From positions 13,976 to 77,975 of the IMG/VR virus record IMGVR_UViG_3300016466_000841: DNA of 64,000 nucleotides; one strand, written 5' to 3'. The notes under the pieces were generated by a model, which made no database searches, was not told the origin of the DNA, and was given only the letters and a program-made list of their open reading frames with translations. The stretch's first letter is position 1, and each line of letters begins with the position of its first letter. Positions 43,507 to 53,752 of the stretch are shown piece by piece. The DNA is from a virus. Position numbers and translations under genes: made by a program.

Positions 43507-44637
43507 TTAAAAAGTATCGTTGATTTCCGGAAAGCTGGTATTTTGAGTGCTCGGGGGGTTCTGGGCACCGGTATCACTAACCGACTCTCCGTTGCTTCGT
43601 ACCGCCCGGCCGCCGCCGATGCCAATGGTAGCCAATCCCGATGTGACTTTGTTTGAGATATTTGACACGCTGGGAACGTTGATTTTTGACAGCGGATTGT
43701 TTCCTCTCAATATGTCCATGCCTATGCTCTTTAGTTCAGCACCGGCAATGGCTTTGAGATTGGACCCCCTGAAGTTTTGTCCGGCTCTAGCACCTTTGAG
43801 AGCAGCAGATAAAAAGTTACCGTCAGCCAGATCTGTTGTTATTTCGTCAATGGAATTCAACAGTCCGCCGGGACCAAGTATGCTCCGAGTGCCGCCGCCT
43901 GCTGGGGTAAGAGGGCTCGGTCGATGATCGTAATGAAGATCTGCAAACCCGGTCACAGTATTCTTGCTGACCCATCCGTGAGAGTATTTCACTGTTTCAA
44001 ATTGAACTGTCATTTCGTGAACCATGGTGGCATTTTCGCCATTGACATGGTCTCCGTGCCTGAATGAAGTAATAATAGGATTGATTAAGGTGTACTCGCT
44101 GAATCTTTTTTGATGCAGGCTGTAGATCCTAACTGCTTTCAAAAACTGCTGTGTACCAGGTTGACTGCCGGGATATCCTCGAGGGCTATAACCCCAATCT
44201 TGTGCTTGTCTCTCACTGTATTTGTGGGCGGCAGTGTAGACACTGGGCTGATAGTCGCTGTCGCGATAATAGTAACTGTAGTAGTCGTACCAGAATTCTC
44301 TAACGATGTCAGCTGAATCATCATGGAAAGTGATCGAGACTGGATCGTATTTGATTTTGCTTTGTACTACGTTGACACGATTGTAGGCATTGAGATTTTT
44401 GGTATCTACGGTAAACTTGGGCAACGATGCGGATTTGACCACCATACCCAATTCAAGCATCTTGTCTCGCGGTACGTTACTGATCTCAGCATTTATGTCT
44501 AAGGCCACATGGAATAGAAATCCGTATTTTGGACTTAGTCGATAGTTGTCATCGATGAAGATGCGAGAAGCATGGGCGTAGTCTTTGATGCTGTCGCCAG
44601 TGCTTAACTCTTTGAGAAATTGGTTTATGCTTGGCAC
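43507..44637 (-). CDS. Tail tube-like / baseplate-tube junction protein
   Basis: LPKFTV...YNR...YDPVSITFHDD tube-fold motif; next to the tube gene. Confidence 0.7.
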   Translation of the reverse strand: MPSINQFLKELSTGDSIKDYAHASRIFIDDNYRLSPKYGFLFHVALDINAEISNVPRDKMLELGMVVKSASLPKFTVDTKNLNAYNRVNVVQSKIKYDPVSITFHDDSADIVREFWYDYYSYYYRDSDYQPSVYTAAHKYSERQAQDWGYSPRGYPGSQPGTQQFLKAVRIYSLHQKRFSEYTLINPIITSFRHGDHVNGENATMVHEMTVQFETVKYSHGWVSKNTVTGFADLHYDHRPSPLTPAGGGTRSILGPGGLLNSIDEITTDLADGNFLSAALKGARAGQNFRGSNLKAIAGAELKSIGMDILRGNNPLSKINVPSVSNISNKVTSGLATIGIGGGRAVRSNGESVSDTGAQNPPSTQNTSFPEINDTF

Positions 44638-44668
44638 AAATGTTTCCAGTGTTTGAAATATTTATCAT

Positions 44669-44697
44669 AAAAAAAGCCCGGAATTTCCGAGCTTTTT
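44669..44697. terminator. Intrinsic terminator after the tail tube gene
   Basis: aaaaaaa-gcccgga-att-tccgagc-ttttt. Confidence 0.75.
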
Positions 44698-44740
44698 GTA
44701 CACCACTTGCTACTCTTGTAATTAAATCGTTTCTTCTGGA

Positions 44741-45358
44741 TTATCCAGTTATGGTAGAGCCAATGGTTCTTGCCACCGCAGAGCCAACACCAGTTCCGAT
44801 CGGACTCTGGATGGCATTGTCAAAGCGTATAGTCAAACCAATGGTCACGGGGTCATTGGTTCCATAGTTCATGTCGCCATAGTCAACTTGGCTGATCTGG
44901 CAGCCATACATCTCCCATGTTTCCAACACTGTTGGTTCGTTGGCTCCGTTACCGCCATCCAGCACTTCGTAGCGAAGTATGAACTTGTAGTCAATGCCTG
45001 AAGCTGCTGAACTTTGCTCCATGAAATCAAACTGTTTCTGGATCTGCTCACCAACCAGTTTGGCCACATTGCCAGCGGCGTCATCGCGCAGATTTACAGT
45101 TGTTTCTGCCCACTCGGGTTTGCCTTGCAGATAGACTTTGCTGTTATAAACATCGATGGTAATGGGGTTAAAGTTAACGCTGGGTCTCTTGATGTCAATG
45201 ACCTGCTTGGTCAACTCAACTTTGGGTTGGCTAACACCAAATCCGTCAAAGCTGGCACGGAATCGGAATTTTAACTTTGGCATCAACAGACCTTGTGCGC
45301 TGGCACTTTGGTCTGTGGCTAAAGGTACTGTAAATTTTGTCAACGATGATACTGACAT
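44741..45358 (-). CDS. Tail tube protein (T4 gp19-like)
   Basis: GKPEW, LRDD, WEMYGC, IRFDNA; follows the sheath gene. Confidence 0.85.
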   Translation of the reverse strand: MSVSSLTKFTVPLATDQSASAQGLLMPKLKFRFRASFDGFGVSQPKVELTKQVIDIKRPSVNFNPITIDVYNSKVYLQGKPEWAETTVNLRDDAAGNVAKLVGEQIQKQFDFMEQSSAASGIDYKFILRYEVLDGGNGANEPTVLETWEMYGCQISQVDYGDMNYGTNDPVTIGLTIRFDNAIQSPIGTGVGSAVARTIGSTITG

Positions 45359-45436
45359 TTATATTCTCCTGTTACAGATATTTATCTGTGTCGTGGCAAC
45401 AAACGGAGGGCCCAAACCCTCCGTTATATACCTATA

Positions 45437-48400
45437 TTACCCGCCCAACTTGGCGATATCGCCGGGATTCTTCAAGCGGATGGGGATGTAGATGAACTCT
45501 ACAGCCTTCATGGGCTCAATGGCGATGTCAACATACAGCTCGTTGCGTGTGATACGCTCGGGTGTGTTATTTGTTGAGTCACACACCACCAGGTAATCGT
45601 AGATACCACGCTTGGCTACTAGATCGTTCATGGCGCCTTCGATGATGCTCTTGATCTGGTCACGAGTGATCTTGTCGTTGGGTTCAAACAAGAATCCGTT
45701 GCCCACATTGGCCAATATAGTACGGATGTAGTTAACCAAACGTGCCACATTGATACGATCCATGGAACTTGCGGTCGGGTTGCGTGTTTTCTGTCCCCAA
45801 GCAACCAATCCCACACCGGGTAGGATAGTCAATGGGTTGACACGATTCTCGTAGAGCGCATCACGCATGCCTTGATTGATACCTGAGCGAACAAAACCGC
45901 CCGAAATAGGATTGATATATCCGATGTCTGTGGCATTATCAATCAATCCGCGACGTGTTCCAGCAGGGGCAAACCATGGGAACGAAACATTGTCATTGCG
46001 GATGAATGTACGCAACATCATATGACTGGCCGGAACCACGATGGTGTTTCCTTGTACATCGTTGGTGAGTCCCGAAGGATAGAAAACACCAAGATACGGA
46101 TCAGCTGTAGACAGGCCATCACCGTTGGTATTATTACTCCAGTTTGCCACATCAATGGAATTTGTTGGCAGATACATGGGTGTGTCACCAATAACGAAGG
46201 CTGTGTTTCTGCGATCGTTGTTGAGCGCCACCATATTGGTGATCAGCTCAGGGAACCCAGGAGCTGCAATCAGGTTAAAGAAAAACTGATCTTCGCGTAC
46301 CTGTGTGTTTCCGTCTAATGCGCTGCGCATGGCTTTGACCACCATGTTTCGCTGGGCATTGATTCCCATAAACGGTGCTCCAGAATCTTTGAGTCCGCTG
46401 ACAGAAACCCAGGCAGCTGGCTCATCAGGAAGATCCGAAGGATCAACTTCAGGGAAACTGTCCTCGTTGAAATAATCGCCAACGTATTTCTTGACATTAA
46501 ATCCCGAACGACGTGTGTTAAACAACAGAGTTCCTCTGGGGAATAAACGAGGATTTGGTGCATCCGGATCCAGGTAATCTGACGTCAGAAGACTTATTGT
46601 GCGTGGAAGATCTTCGCCAATTATGTCTGTAGTTCCATCTGCATCCCACCGCGCATCGGCAAAGATAATTCCGTTTTGGCTGATTCTATCAGTGTTATCA
46701 ATAGAAGTCCATTGTCCTAGCGTGTTATAACGATACAGTTTAGGAAAATTTTCAAGATCTGATGTATCTAACCATAAATCACCAGCCGAAAGTGGTGTTA
46801 TACCATCATTTTGGAATCGTGGCTTAGAAGGAGTGATGATCGGTCCTAAAGGGTCCGTCAATGTGAGGTTATAACCGCGGGCATCTGTGGCGACATTACG
46901 GTAACCTCTCCAGGCTGTTCCGGTGTTGATCAGGATGTCAACCTGGGTGGGATCACTGAAATACCATAATGTTCCATCGGCAGGTGCTTTATAAGGAGGT
47001 GTAAAGCTGTTTTCAACTAAAAATCCTGTCTCATTGATACCTACGTAATTACTGATCATTATTTCTGTGCCTAGACCAGTACCACTACCATTGTCACGAG
47101 TATTTGCTATCGTATATCCAGCACTAGTGAGAGGAGTCCCAATAGTGTTGCTCAAATAAATGACTCCGCCTTGAGAATGGATGATAACAGGACGTCCGTC
47201 GCTTAATACGCGAGCAATCACTTCAGGAATGTTTGCCGCTGTGATTGCTGTCACAAACTTAACAACATAATCTTCTATGCTTGTTCCGTTGGGTACAACC
47301 ACGGTTGTATCATTCAGACCAGCGGTTCCCGACTCGGACGATCTGATACGCAGAGTACCACCAGTAAATCCCGTGGCAGTTCTTGTGACTTGGGATTGGC
47401 CGCTTCTTGTGCTAACAAAAAACGAAATAGTGGCTCCAGTTTCAGGAATAATATCATTGGTTAGATACTGAGCATACATCGACCCTTGTGCAATTCCGAA
47501 TCCGCCAGCAATAGGATCAGTACCAAACAGAAAATCCTCTTCGTTATTGTAGACCGGTACAGCATTTACCGTCCACGACGACGACTCAGCTGCAAATCTC
47601 CTGATCACAAAATTCATACCGTTACCAACAGCCGATGTCTTAAAATACACGCTTCCTGTTGGACGAGGATCAGTGTCTCCCCACCGAGGCACATCTACGT
47701 AAGAACCATAGTGTACCTGAGGAGGATAATAAGTACCGGCGATCAATCCCAGGTCAGCAAGAGCTGTACCCGATCCATTGGCTATCAGGAGTTCTCCATC
47801 AATGTCTGCGCCATTGCTCTTGGCATTGTCTGTGACAAAAATTGCTAATTGACCATTGCTGCTGGATGCACGCACGCCAAAAGTATTTTCTTCGTAGAAC
47901 ACAGCATTGATGTCTGCTATCACTTGCTCAAGTGTACCACTGCCGGTGAACGTGATTGTCTGACCATTAATAGATATACTGTCGCCGGCAGTCACAGTCG
48001 GAGAAGTCTCTGTTCCAGTGACCGCGGGCCAAGTACGATATTGCCAATTTGGTTGCCCAACCCAGCGCCATGCATTTGATGAGTCTTTGACATAGATACG
48101 AGCAATTGTATCTCGTATTACTACTGCATAAGAACCAACTCGTCCAATTGAAGTTTTAGGTATATATCGTCCAAAACTAAAAACGGTATCGTCTTCGTTG
48201 GTTATTATTATTGGTTGTTTTTCGGTGAATACTTTGCGCTCATTGTTCCACTCGTAGATTCCCCACGATGTCTCAGCTAGATCCAGCCAGAATGTTCCTT
48301 CGTCGGGATCGCCAATTGGGCGTACCGATGTGGGCTCAAGTTCGTCGAGATTGATGTCTGCGCGGATGGCATACAAACGATTGGCTGTGGCCAAAGTGCT

Positions 48401-48688
48401 GTAAGCTGCCATCAAGCCGTATTCATTGAGTGGGCTACCGTGTATGGGGGTGCCCGATACGCTTTGTTTAAATGTGGGATAACCCAAAGCCGAAACCAAC
48501 TCACGCTGGCTGGTAAACACTTGCAGTCTTCCGGCATTGGCTTTTGAGGTGCCAGTGGAATAACTACCATTGGCTGTTTTGTCTTGTGCTGTGGCCAACA
48601 ATACTAGAGGTGTTGAGCCCACTGCTCCCGGTACATATTGACTCTCATCTGTGACCGAAAGTTGTAATCCTGGTGATATCAGTGCCAT
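45437..48688 (-). CDS. Tail sheath protein (T4 gp18-like) with large insertion domains
   Basis: SPG N-terminus, WFAPAG.RRG, WGQKT, DRINVARL, FEPND, VCDSTNNT, EFIYI. Confidence 0.95.
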   Translation of the reverse strand: MALISPGLQLSVTDESQYVPGAVGSTPLVLLATAQDKTANGSYSTGTSKANAGRLQVFTSQRELVSALGYPTFKQSVSGTPIHGSPLNEYGLMAAYSTLATANRLYAIRADINLDELEPTSVRPIGDPDEGTFWLDLAETSWGIYEWNNERKVFTEKQPIIITNEDDTVFSFGRYIPKTSIGRVGSYAVVIRDTIARIYVKDSSNAWRWVGQPNWQYRTWPAVTGTETSPTVTAGDSISINGQTITFTGSGTLEQVIADINAVFYEENTFGVRASSSNGQLAIFVTDNAKSNGADIDGELLIANGSGTALADLGLIAGTYYPPQVHYGSYVDVPRWGDTDPRPTGSVYFKTSAVGNGMNFVIRRFAAESSSWTVNAVPVYNNEEDFLFGTDPIAGGFGIAQGSMYAQYLTNDIIPETGATISFFVSTRSGQSQVTRTATGFTGGTLRIRSSESGTAGLNDTTVVVPNGTSIEDYVVKFVTAITAANIPEVIARVLSDGRPVIIHSQGGVIYLSNTIGTPLTSAGYTIANTRDNGSGTGLGTEIMISNYVGINETGFLVENSFTPPYKAPADGTLWYFSDPTQVDILINTGTAWRGYRNVATDARGYNLTLTDPLGPIITPSKPRFQNDGITPLSAGDLWLDTSDLENFPKLYRYNTLGQWTSIDNTDRISQNGIIFADARWDADGTTDIIGEDLPRTISLLTSDYLDPDAPNPRLFPRGTLLFNTRRSGFNVKKYVGDYFNEDSFPEVDPSDLPDEPAAWVSVSGLKDSGAPFMGINAQRNMVVKAMRSALDGNTQVREDQFFFNLIAAPGFPELITNMVALNNDRRNTAFVIGDTPMYLPTNSIDVANWSNNTNGDGLSTADPYLGVFYPSGLTNDVQGNTIVVPASHMMLRTFIRNDNVSFPWFAPAGTRRGLIDNATDIGYINPISGGFVRSGINQGMRDALYENRVNPLTILPGVGLVAWGQKTRNPTASSMDRINVARLVNYIRTILANVGNGFLFEPNDKITRDQIKSIIEGAMNDLVAKRGIYDYLVVCDSTNNTPERITRNELYVDIAIEPMKAVEFIYIPIRLKNPGDIAKLGG

Positions 48689-48791
48689 GTTATTTTTCCT
48701 TTATATAACAAGTTATGAATATTTATTGAAAGCGACCAAAATAATGGGCTTTACACTGCCCTTAATTAAGGTATGTGGATTAAATACTTGT

Positions 48792-49142
48792 ATGAAAAAC
48801 AGGAAATTATGCCCGATCTGCAACGAAAGACCAGTGGCCATCAACTGTCACGTCAAGGATCGAGTCTACTACCGATCTTTCTGTGATGCTTGTATCAGGA
48901 AGAAAAAATCCTTGCGGCCAAAGCCACCTCTGTGGTTCAAACAAGGATATAGAAAAAAAGACAGATGTGATCGCTGCGGGTTTAAATCTGTGTCACAGCG
49001 ACAGCTATTTGTGTTTCACGTCGACGGTAATCTCAAAAATGCCGATTGGAACAATTTAAAAACAGTGTGTGCCAACTGCCAGATTGACCTGTTCCACAAC
49101 GGATCTAAATGGTCTATGTCCCCGGTTGTACCAGGGTTTTGA
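48792..49142 (+). CDS. Zinc-finger/HNH-like protein
   Basis: Four CxxC pairs, HVDGNLKN...NLKTVCANC. Confidence 0.7.
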   Translation: MKNRKLCPICNERPVAINCHVKDRVYYRSFCDACIRKKKSLRPKPPLWFKQGYRKKDRCDRCGFKSVSQRQLFVFHVDGNLKNADWNNLKTVCANCQIDLFHNGSKWSMSPVVPGF

Positions 49143-49764
49143 CGATCTGATATAGGTCTTCGATGCTGCTGTTGTTGTCAACGACGTGATCAAACTCGGT
49201 ACCGATCCATGCCCATTCAGATGCATGCACTGAAGGATACTTTTGTGCCATGAGCTCGTTGGCATCTTCCAGCAACCATTGGCTGTCTTCATCGGTGGTA
49301 TTTTCAGTGAGTGCGCAATTGTACCAGTCTGGGAGCTCACCGCGTTGTACCCAAACAACTTTACCCCCCGCATCACGGATGGCTGCGATCTCGTTGGGAA
49401 AACGGCAATCTGAGATCACTATGTTGTCGTTGCTGTTGCGTAGTTTGTTTTCTAGACTAGCGATCCAGATGTCATCGTGGAAAGCTTTGCGGCAGACTTC
49501 AGTGCCCCAATATTGCAGGACCCAGCGAGGAGTAAGAGTGGGCATCGCCAAGCGTTCTGCCCACCACGGATCTACCTGCTCTCGCCACTCACGAGCTTGG
49601 CGAGTGCGGCCTTCGAGCAGATCTCGATCCCAACCAAACACCGCTGCCACTGCATCTTTGAGTGTGCCGGCAAAGCTTTCTCGACGGAATTCGTGGAAGT
49701 TGACGAGATAATCCGCAACTGTGTCTTTGCCTGATCCAATAAAACCGCAAATGCCAATGATCAT
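49114..49764 (-). CDS. Deoxynucleoside monophosphate kinase (T4 gp1-like)
   Basis: GFIGSGKDT, FAGTLKD, PRWVLQYWGTE, SDCRFPNE, HASE. Confidence 0.9.
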   Translation of the reverse strand: MIIGICGFIGSGKDTVADYLVNFHEFRRESFAGTLKDAVAAVFGWDRDLLEGRTRQAREWREQVDPWWAERLAMPTLTPRWVLQYWGTEVCRKAFHDDIWIASLENKLRNSNDNIVISDCRFPNEIAAIRDAGGKVVWVQRGELPDWYNCALTENTTDEDSQWLLEDANELMAQKYPSVHASEWAWIGTEFDHVVDNNSSIEDLYQIVKTLVQPGT

Positions 49765-49813
49765 GATAGTGTATTCTCCTTGACTAGAGTTTACACTATA
49801 TTATCATTGATGT

Positions 49814-50101
49814 CTATCGGAAACGGTTGAGTTTGTTGATCAAACGACTGGCTGTGTTGATTTTTTTGGTACGCTGTGCTCTGCGAGCCTGTGGTTTCTC
49901 AGTGCGAGCCCGGGTAGTCTTCATACGCTCGCGTTTGGCCACATCGATCTGATCGCTGCAATCCGAAACCTTTGGCACCACACGACCTTTTCTGGGCCCT
50001 GATGTACAGCGCCATTTCATTACGGGTTTCCCACTGCGAGCAGTGGTTTTTCTACGAGTCCATACCAACTTGTGTTCTAGGATAAATTCGTAGGCTCTCA
50101 T
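49814..50101 (-). CDS. Hypothetical basic protein
   Basis: RCTSGPRKGRVV motif; start moved to MRAYEF. Confidence 0.65.
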   Translation of the reverse strand: MRAYEFILEHKLVWTRRKTTARSGKPVMKWRCTSGPRKGRVVPKVSDCSDQIDVAKRERMKTTRARTEKPQARRAQRTKKINTASRLINKLNRFR

Positions 50102-50973
50102 CAACCTATGACCCAAGTCAACGGCATTGAACCGTCCACGTAATCTTTGAGCTGTTGCTCGAGTGCATCCATCTCGGCCTGTGCTTCACTCTTTAACGCA
50201 GAACCATTGAGTGCTGTTCCGCCTTGCGGACCTGCGATGGAGGCGAATTTCTCGCGGGCTTCGCCCACGATGCGTTTGGCGAAACTGTAGGCGTAATCCT
50301 GCACCCAAGGAAAAGTCATATGATCATTCAACAACATGATGTCGGGTTTGTAGTTATAGACCCAAAGCATCACGGTTTCACTGCCGGCTCCACTGGGCAA
50401 TTTGCGCACCACTGTGAGTTTTTTAGTGGCGGGGTTGAATGTGTAATTCATGTACCCACCAAACATTCTCATAGCCAATTCTTGATATTGCGAGTACAGC
50501 TCATAGCTGGCAAGGCCGCCGACCCTGCCGGCCACTAACATATAGGTGTTGAGATAGCCTGCGGCAAATGGCTCAAATTGAGTGGCAGTATTGCCGGTGG
50601 CCGAACCGATGCCTCGTCGGAAAATCTTGCGTACAGCCATGATTTCGCGGGGCAATATATATTCTTGTGTTTCGGGTAGTAGTTCCAGGAATGCGTAACT
50701 TTCTTCCTGGCTATTTGATGCACGCTGGCGATATTTAATCAGGGCTTGATCAATGGCGAGATTGTAGTGTTCGGGGTCAAGCTCGACATCAACGATTCCG
50801 TCGGCCAATCGCAACCTGATGTAGTCGGTTATTTCTGCACGTTTGGCTTGTAGTTGTACCAGTTGGCTACTGTCAAACTCGATGGGCCCTGCGCCCGAAC
50901 TGATTGTGGGATCGTAGAGGGTGTCTGCCTGCAATGCGAGATTGGCTGTGAGTCCGGTTTTTAAAGTGGCCAT
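50101..50973 (-). CDS. Neck protein (T4 gp13-like)
   Basis: YIRLRL...VDVELD, KFASIAGPQGGTALNG. Confidence 0.8.
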   Translation of the reverse strand: MATLKTGLTANLALQADTLYDPTISSGAGPIEFDSSQLVQLQAKRAEITDYIRLRLADGIVDVELDPEHYNLAIDQALIKYRQRASNSQEESYAFLELLPETQEYILPREIMAVRKIFRRGIGSATGNTATQFEPFAAGYLNTYMLVAGRVGGLASYELYSQYQELAMRMFGGYMNYTFNPATKKLTVVRKLPSGAGSETVMLWVYNYKPDIMLLNDHMTFPWVQDYAYSFAKRIVGEAREKFASIAGPQGGTALNGSALKSEAQAEMDALEQQLKDYVDGSMPLTWVIG

Positions 50974-50980
50974 TTCGTGT

Positions 50981-51012
50981 GTCCTGTTACCAAGTATTTA
51001 TGGTAACAGGAC
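50981..51012 (-). promoter_or_regulatory. Late promoter in the loop of an RBS-sequestering 12-bp hairpin
   Basis: GTCCTGTTACCA-TAAATACT-TGGTAACAGGAC, with AGGA SD in the 3' arm. Confidence 0.75.
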
Positions 51013-51021
51013 TACGATGCC

Positions 51022-52191
51022 TTACTGTGTTTTCAGTAATAAGATATCGGCGTTGATACGGCCGTTGAGTTTGGATTCTGTGGCTCGTATCTCGTCTAGG
51101 AACTTGCGCAATTGTACCTTGGTGGCTTTGCTGAATTCACGTAGTTTTTCATCGGGTTTGCGCAGAGTTTTACTGACACTGCGAGATTCATCGTATCCTG
51201 TTATGCTGGTGCCCTTGACGCCGAGTTCTTGGAATTGTGCGGCCACATACCTCCCCAATTTGCGAGTTTTGACATTGTAGATCCAAAGCTCTGATGCCCC
51301 AACGATATCAGATGGACTAATAGACATCAGTTTAAGTCCTTTGTCTTCTCGGAGGTATTTGAGCTTGGCTACTACCTTTTCTTTGCTGGGTGCTTTTTTG
51401 ACGCGAGCCTTGCGTTGGGTTTTTTTGACCTTTTCAAAACTGTCGACATCGGCCAGCGCACGATCGATCCAAGACAATATGCGCTTGAAATCGGCAGTTT
51501 TGAGATGGCTGTATCCTTCTTTGAGCTGTTCGTCTTGACCGCTTTTGGCCAGTTCCAGCTCATCTCGTTTTTCTTGGAACACCGTGCGAACTCGGCCGAT
51601 TTGTGCCTGCGGAACTTTTTGCACAGTTAAGAAATCATAAATTTTGTGATCGTCTTTGTTTCCAACAAACACTTCGTCGACCCACCCTTCCATTTCGCCC
51701 AACACATCGGCGAGTTTTTCATTGAGTCGATCTTGTATAGTGGGGCGATAGACTTCGGGTTTCTTGTCTGTTTCGGCAGGAGCATCGTCCTCGTTGGCAT
51801 GCTCGGCCGCCGATTGTATCCAACCTCGTATCTTTTCCAAAGCATTGTCTTTGAGCGGCATACCTTGATCGTGCGCCTTGATCAGGCTACACATGGTCAT
51901 AGGGGTGTATCGATCAGGGCTTTTTAAATAGGCTCTGGCAGTGACTGGATCAATCTTGCCCGAAGTCTTTACCCATTCGTTGACATATTTCCTGAGCTCT
52001 TTGACAGAATAAAAATAATTGTAGTAGCGGAAACTGTTGCGCAAATGGCTATCAAATTCTTCGTTGCTCATGCTACGGGCACGCTCGGCATCCCAGACCG
52101 GTTCGGACCCCATGTGCTTTTCATCAGCAAACAAGGGATTACGAGTGGCTTTGACACGAGCACGGATGGTCTTGCCATTTACTTTTACCAT
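51022..52191 (-). CDS. Conserved hypothetical phage protein
   Basis: ORF track; promoter TTGACC-N17-TATAAT at 52221-52249. Confidence 0.75.
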   Translation of the reverse strand: MVKVNGKTIRARVKATRNPLFADEKHMGSEPVWDAERARSMSNEEFDSHLRNSFRYYNYFYSVKELRKYVNEWVKTSGKIDPVTARAYLKSPDRYTPMTMCSLIKAHDQGMPLKDNALEKIRGWIQSAAEHANEDDAPAETDKKPEVYRPTIQDRLNEKLADVLGEMEGWVDEVFVGNKDDHKIYDFLTVQKVPQAQIGRVRTVFQEKRDELELAKSGQDEQLKEGYSHLKTADFKRILSWIDRALADVDSFEKVKKTQRKARVKKAPSKEKVVAKLKYLREDKGLKLMSISPSDIVGASELWIYNVKTRKLGRYVAAQFQELGVKGTSITGYDESRSVSKTLRKPDEKLREFSKATKVQLRKFLDEIRATESKLNGRINADILLLKTQ

Positions 52192-52238
52192 TTTTGATCC
52201 TCAGATAGTGGAATGCTGTTATTATAAAGGGTCTTGCA

Positions 52239-52499
52239 TTATCGGTCAATGACCAACAGAGCCATTGTTATGTATTGCTCAATCTGGACCAATCGTTCGT
52301 GGGCATTGGCTTGCAATTCTCCCAAACGAGCTGTTGCTCGATGTAGCCTGCGACACTCAACCATTTCTTGGCTTATTTCGGACAGCATTTTTTCAGCCAC
52401 ACGGAACATGCGCTCTAGATCATGCCGCACACAAGGATCCTGTATTTTGGATATCTGTATCCAAATTTCGTTGGCTTTTTGGCGTAGTTCCTGATCCAT
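52239..52499 (-). CDS. Hypothetical protein
   Basis: Start moved to MDQELR, 6 nt after TATAAT. Confidence 0.6.
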   Translation of the reverse strand: MDQELRQKANEIWIQISKIQDPCVRHDLERMFRVAEKMLSEISQEMVECRRLHRATARLGELQANAHERLVQIEQYITMALLVIDR

Positions 52500-52564
52500 A
52501 GCAACATTATATAGCATCTTGAGCCCAATGCCAAATCGCTAAATACTAGGTATAAGGACTCGAA

Positions 52565-53752
52565 ATGCCCAGATTAAGCCTTTGGAAAGACGGAAAAAAA
52601 ACCAATGATTACCGGTTCATGGATCGAAGGATCCATGAGATGTTTACCGTCGGCGGTACCGGGATCAATGTCCACAAATACCTAGGGCCCATTGACCAGG
52701 GTGACACTGGTGATGCTACCCAACCCAGCAATGACCCTGCTTTGAGTCGAAGTGAACAAAATATCCAGGACCTGTTATTCATTGAAAACCGTGATCGCAA
52801 ATACGACAGTGATGTCTATACCATGCGAGGTATCTACAACAGGGGCGACCAGGACTTTGATCTTAGTCAATTTGGTATCTTCCTCAGTGCCGGTACCACA
52901 TTCATGGTGTTCCACTACAACGACATGATCGAAACTCTGGGTCGCAAGCTCATAGCCGGTGATGTCCTAGAATTCCAACATCTCCGCGACGACCACCCTT
53001 TAGATGATAATGTACCAGCAGCGTTGAAAAGATATTATGTGGTTGGTGATGCCAGTTTCGCTGCCGAGGGATTTACTCCCACTTGGTGGCCGCATCTCTG
53101 GCGTGTCAAGCTTAATCCGTTGGTGGACAGCCAAGAGTACAAAGACATACTCACAAAAATCAAGGCCGGCGAAACCAACACCCCCATTGGCGAATTACTC
53201 AGTACGTTCAGTGCCTACGAAAAAATCAATGATGCCATCATCGAGCAGGCCGAAGAAGATGTACCTAAATCAGGCTACGATACCAGCACATTTTTTGAAA
53301 GATCAGATCGAGGTGACCCAGTCAGTGGGGTCACTGCCGACAATCAAAACGTCAAAGCAGATACACAAGCTGTCACAGCCGATTCAGGAGCCGTACCCCC
53401 GACCAAAAAAATCAAAGCTTACCTATCTGGCGATGGCCTACCACCCAACGGGGAAAGCATCTCTGCGGGTATTTCGTTCCCGGAATCACCATTGTCCGGG
53501 GACTATTTCCTGCGACTAGATTATCTTCCAAATCGCATGTTCCGTTACGATGGTCGTCGTTGGGTCAAGGTCGAGGATGTGGTGCGTACATCACTGACAC
53601 AGAATTCTCCTGCCAACAAGACTCTGCGTTCAACCTTTACTCAAAACGTCGACAGTCAAGGAAATCTCAACACCTATGTAGACAGCACCGGCACCGAAAA
53701 GATTTCTCGGCAAAGTCTGTCTCGAGCATTTACTCCCAAGGCTGATAATTGA
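52565..53752 (+). CDS. Neck/head-closure protein (T4 gp14-like)
   Basis: IQDLLFIENRDRKYD, LSQFGIFL, GDV motifs. Confidence 0.75.
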   Translation: MPRLSLWKDGKKTNDYRFMDRRIHEMFTVGGTGINVHKYLGPIDQGDTGDATQPSNDPALSRSEQNIQDLLFIENRDRKYDSDVYTMRGIYNRGDQDFDLSQFGIFLSAGTTFMVFHYNDMIETLGRKLIAGDVLEFQHLRDDHPLDDNVPAALKRYYVVGDASFAAEGFTPTWWPHLWRVKLNPLVDSQEYKDILTKIKAGETNTPIGELLSTFSAYEKINDAIIEQAEEDVPKSGYDTSTFFERSDRGDPVSGVTADNQNVKADTQAVTADSGAVPPTKKIKAYLSGDGLPPNGESISAGISFPESPLSGDYFLRLDYLPNRMFRYDGRRWVKVEDVVRTSLTQNSPANKTLRSTFTQNVDSQGNLNTYVDSTGTEKISRQSLSRAFTPKADN

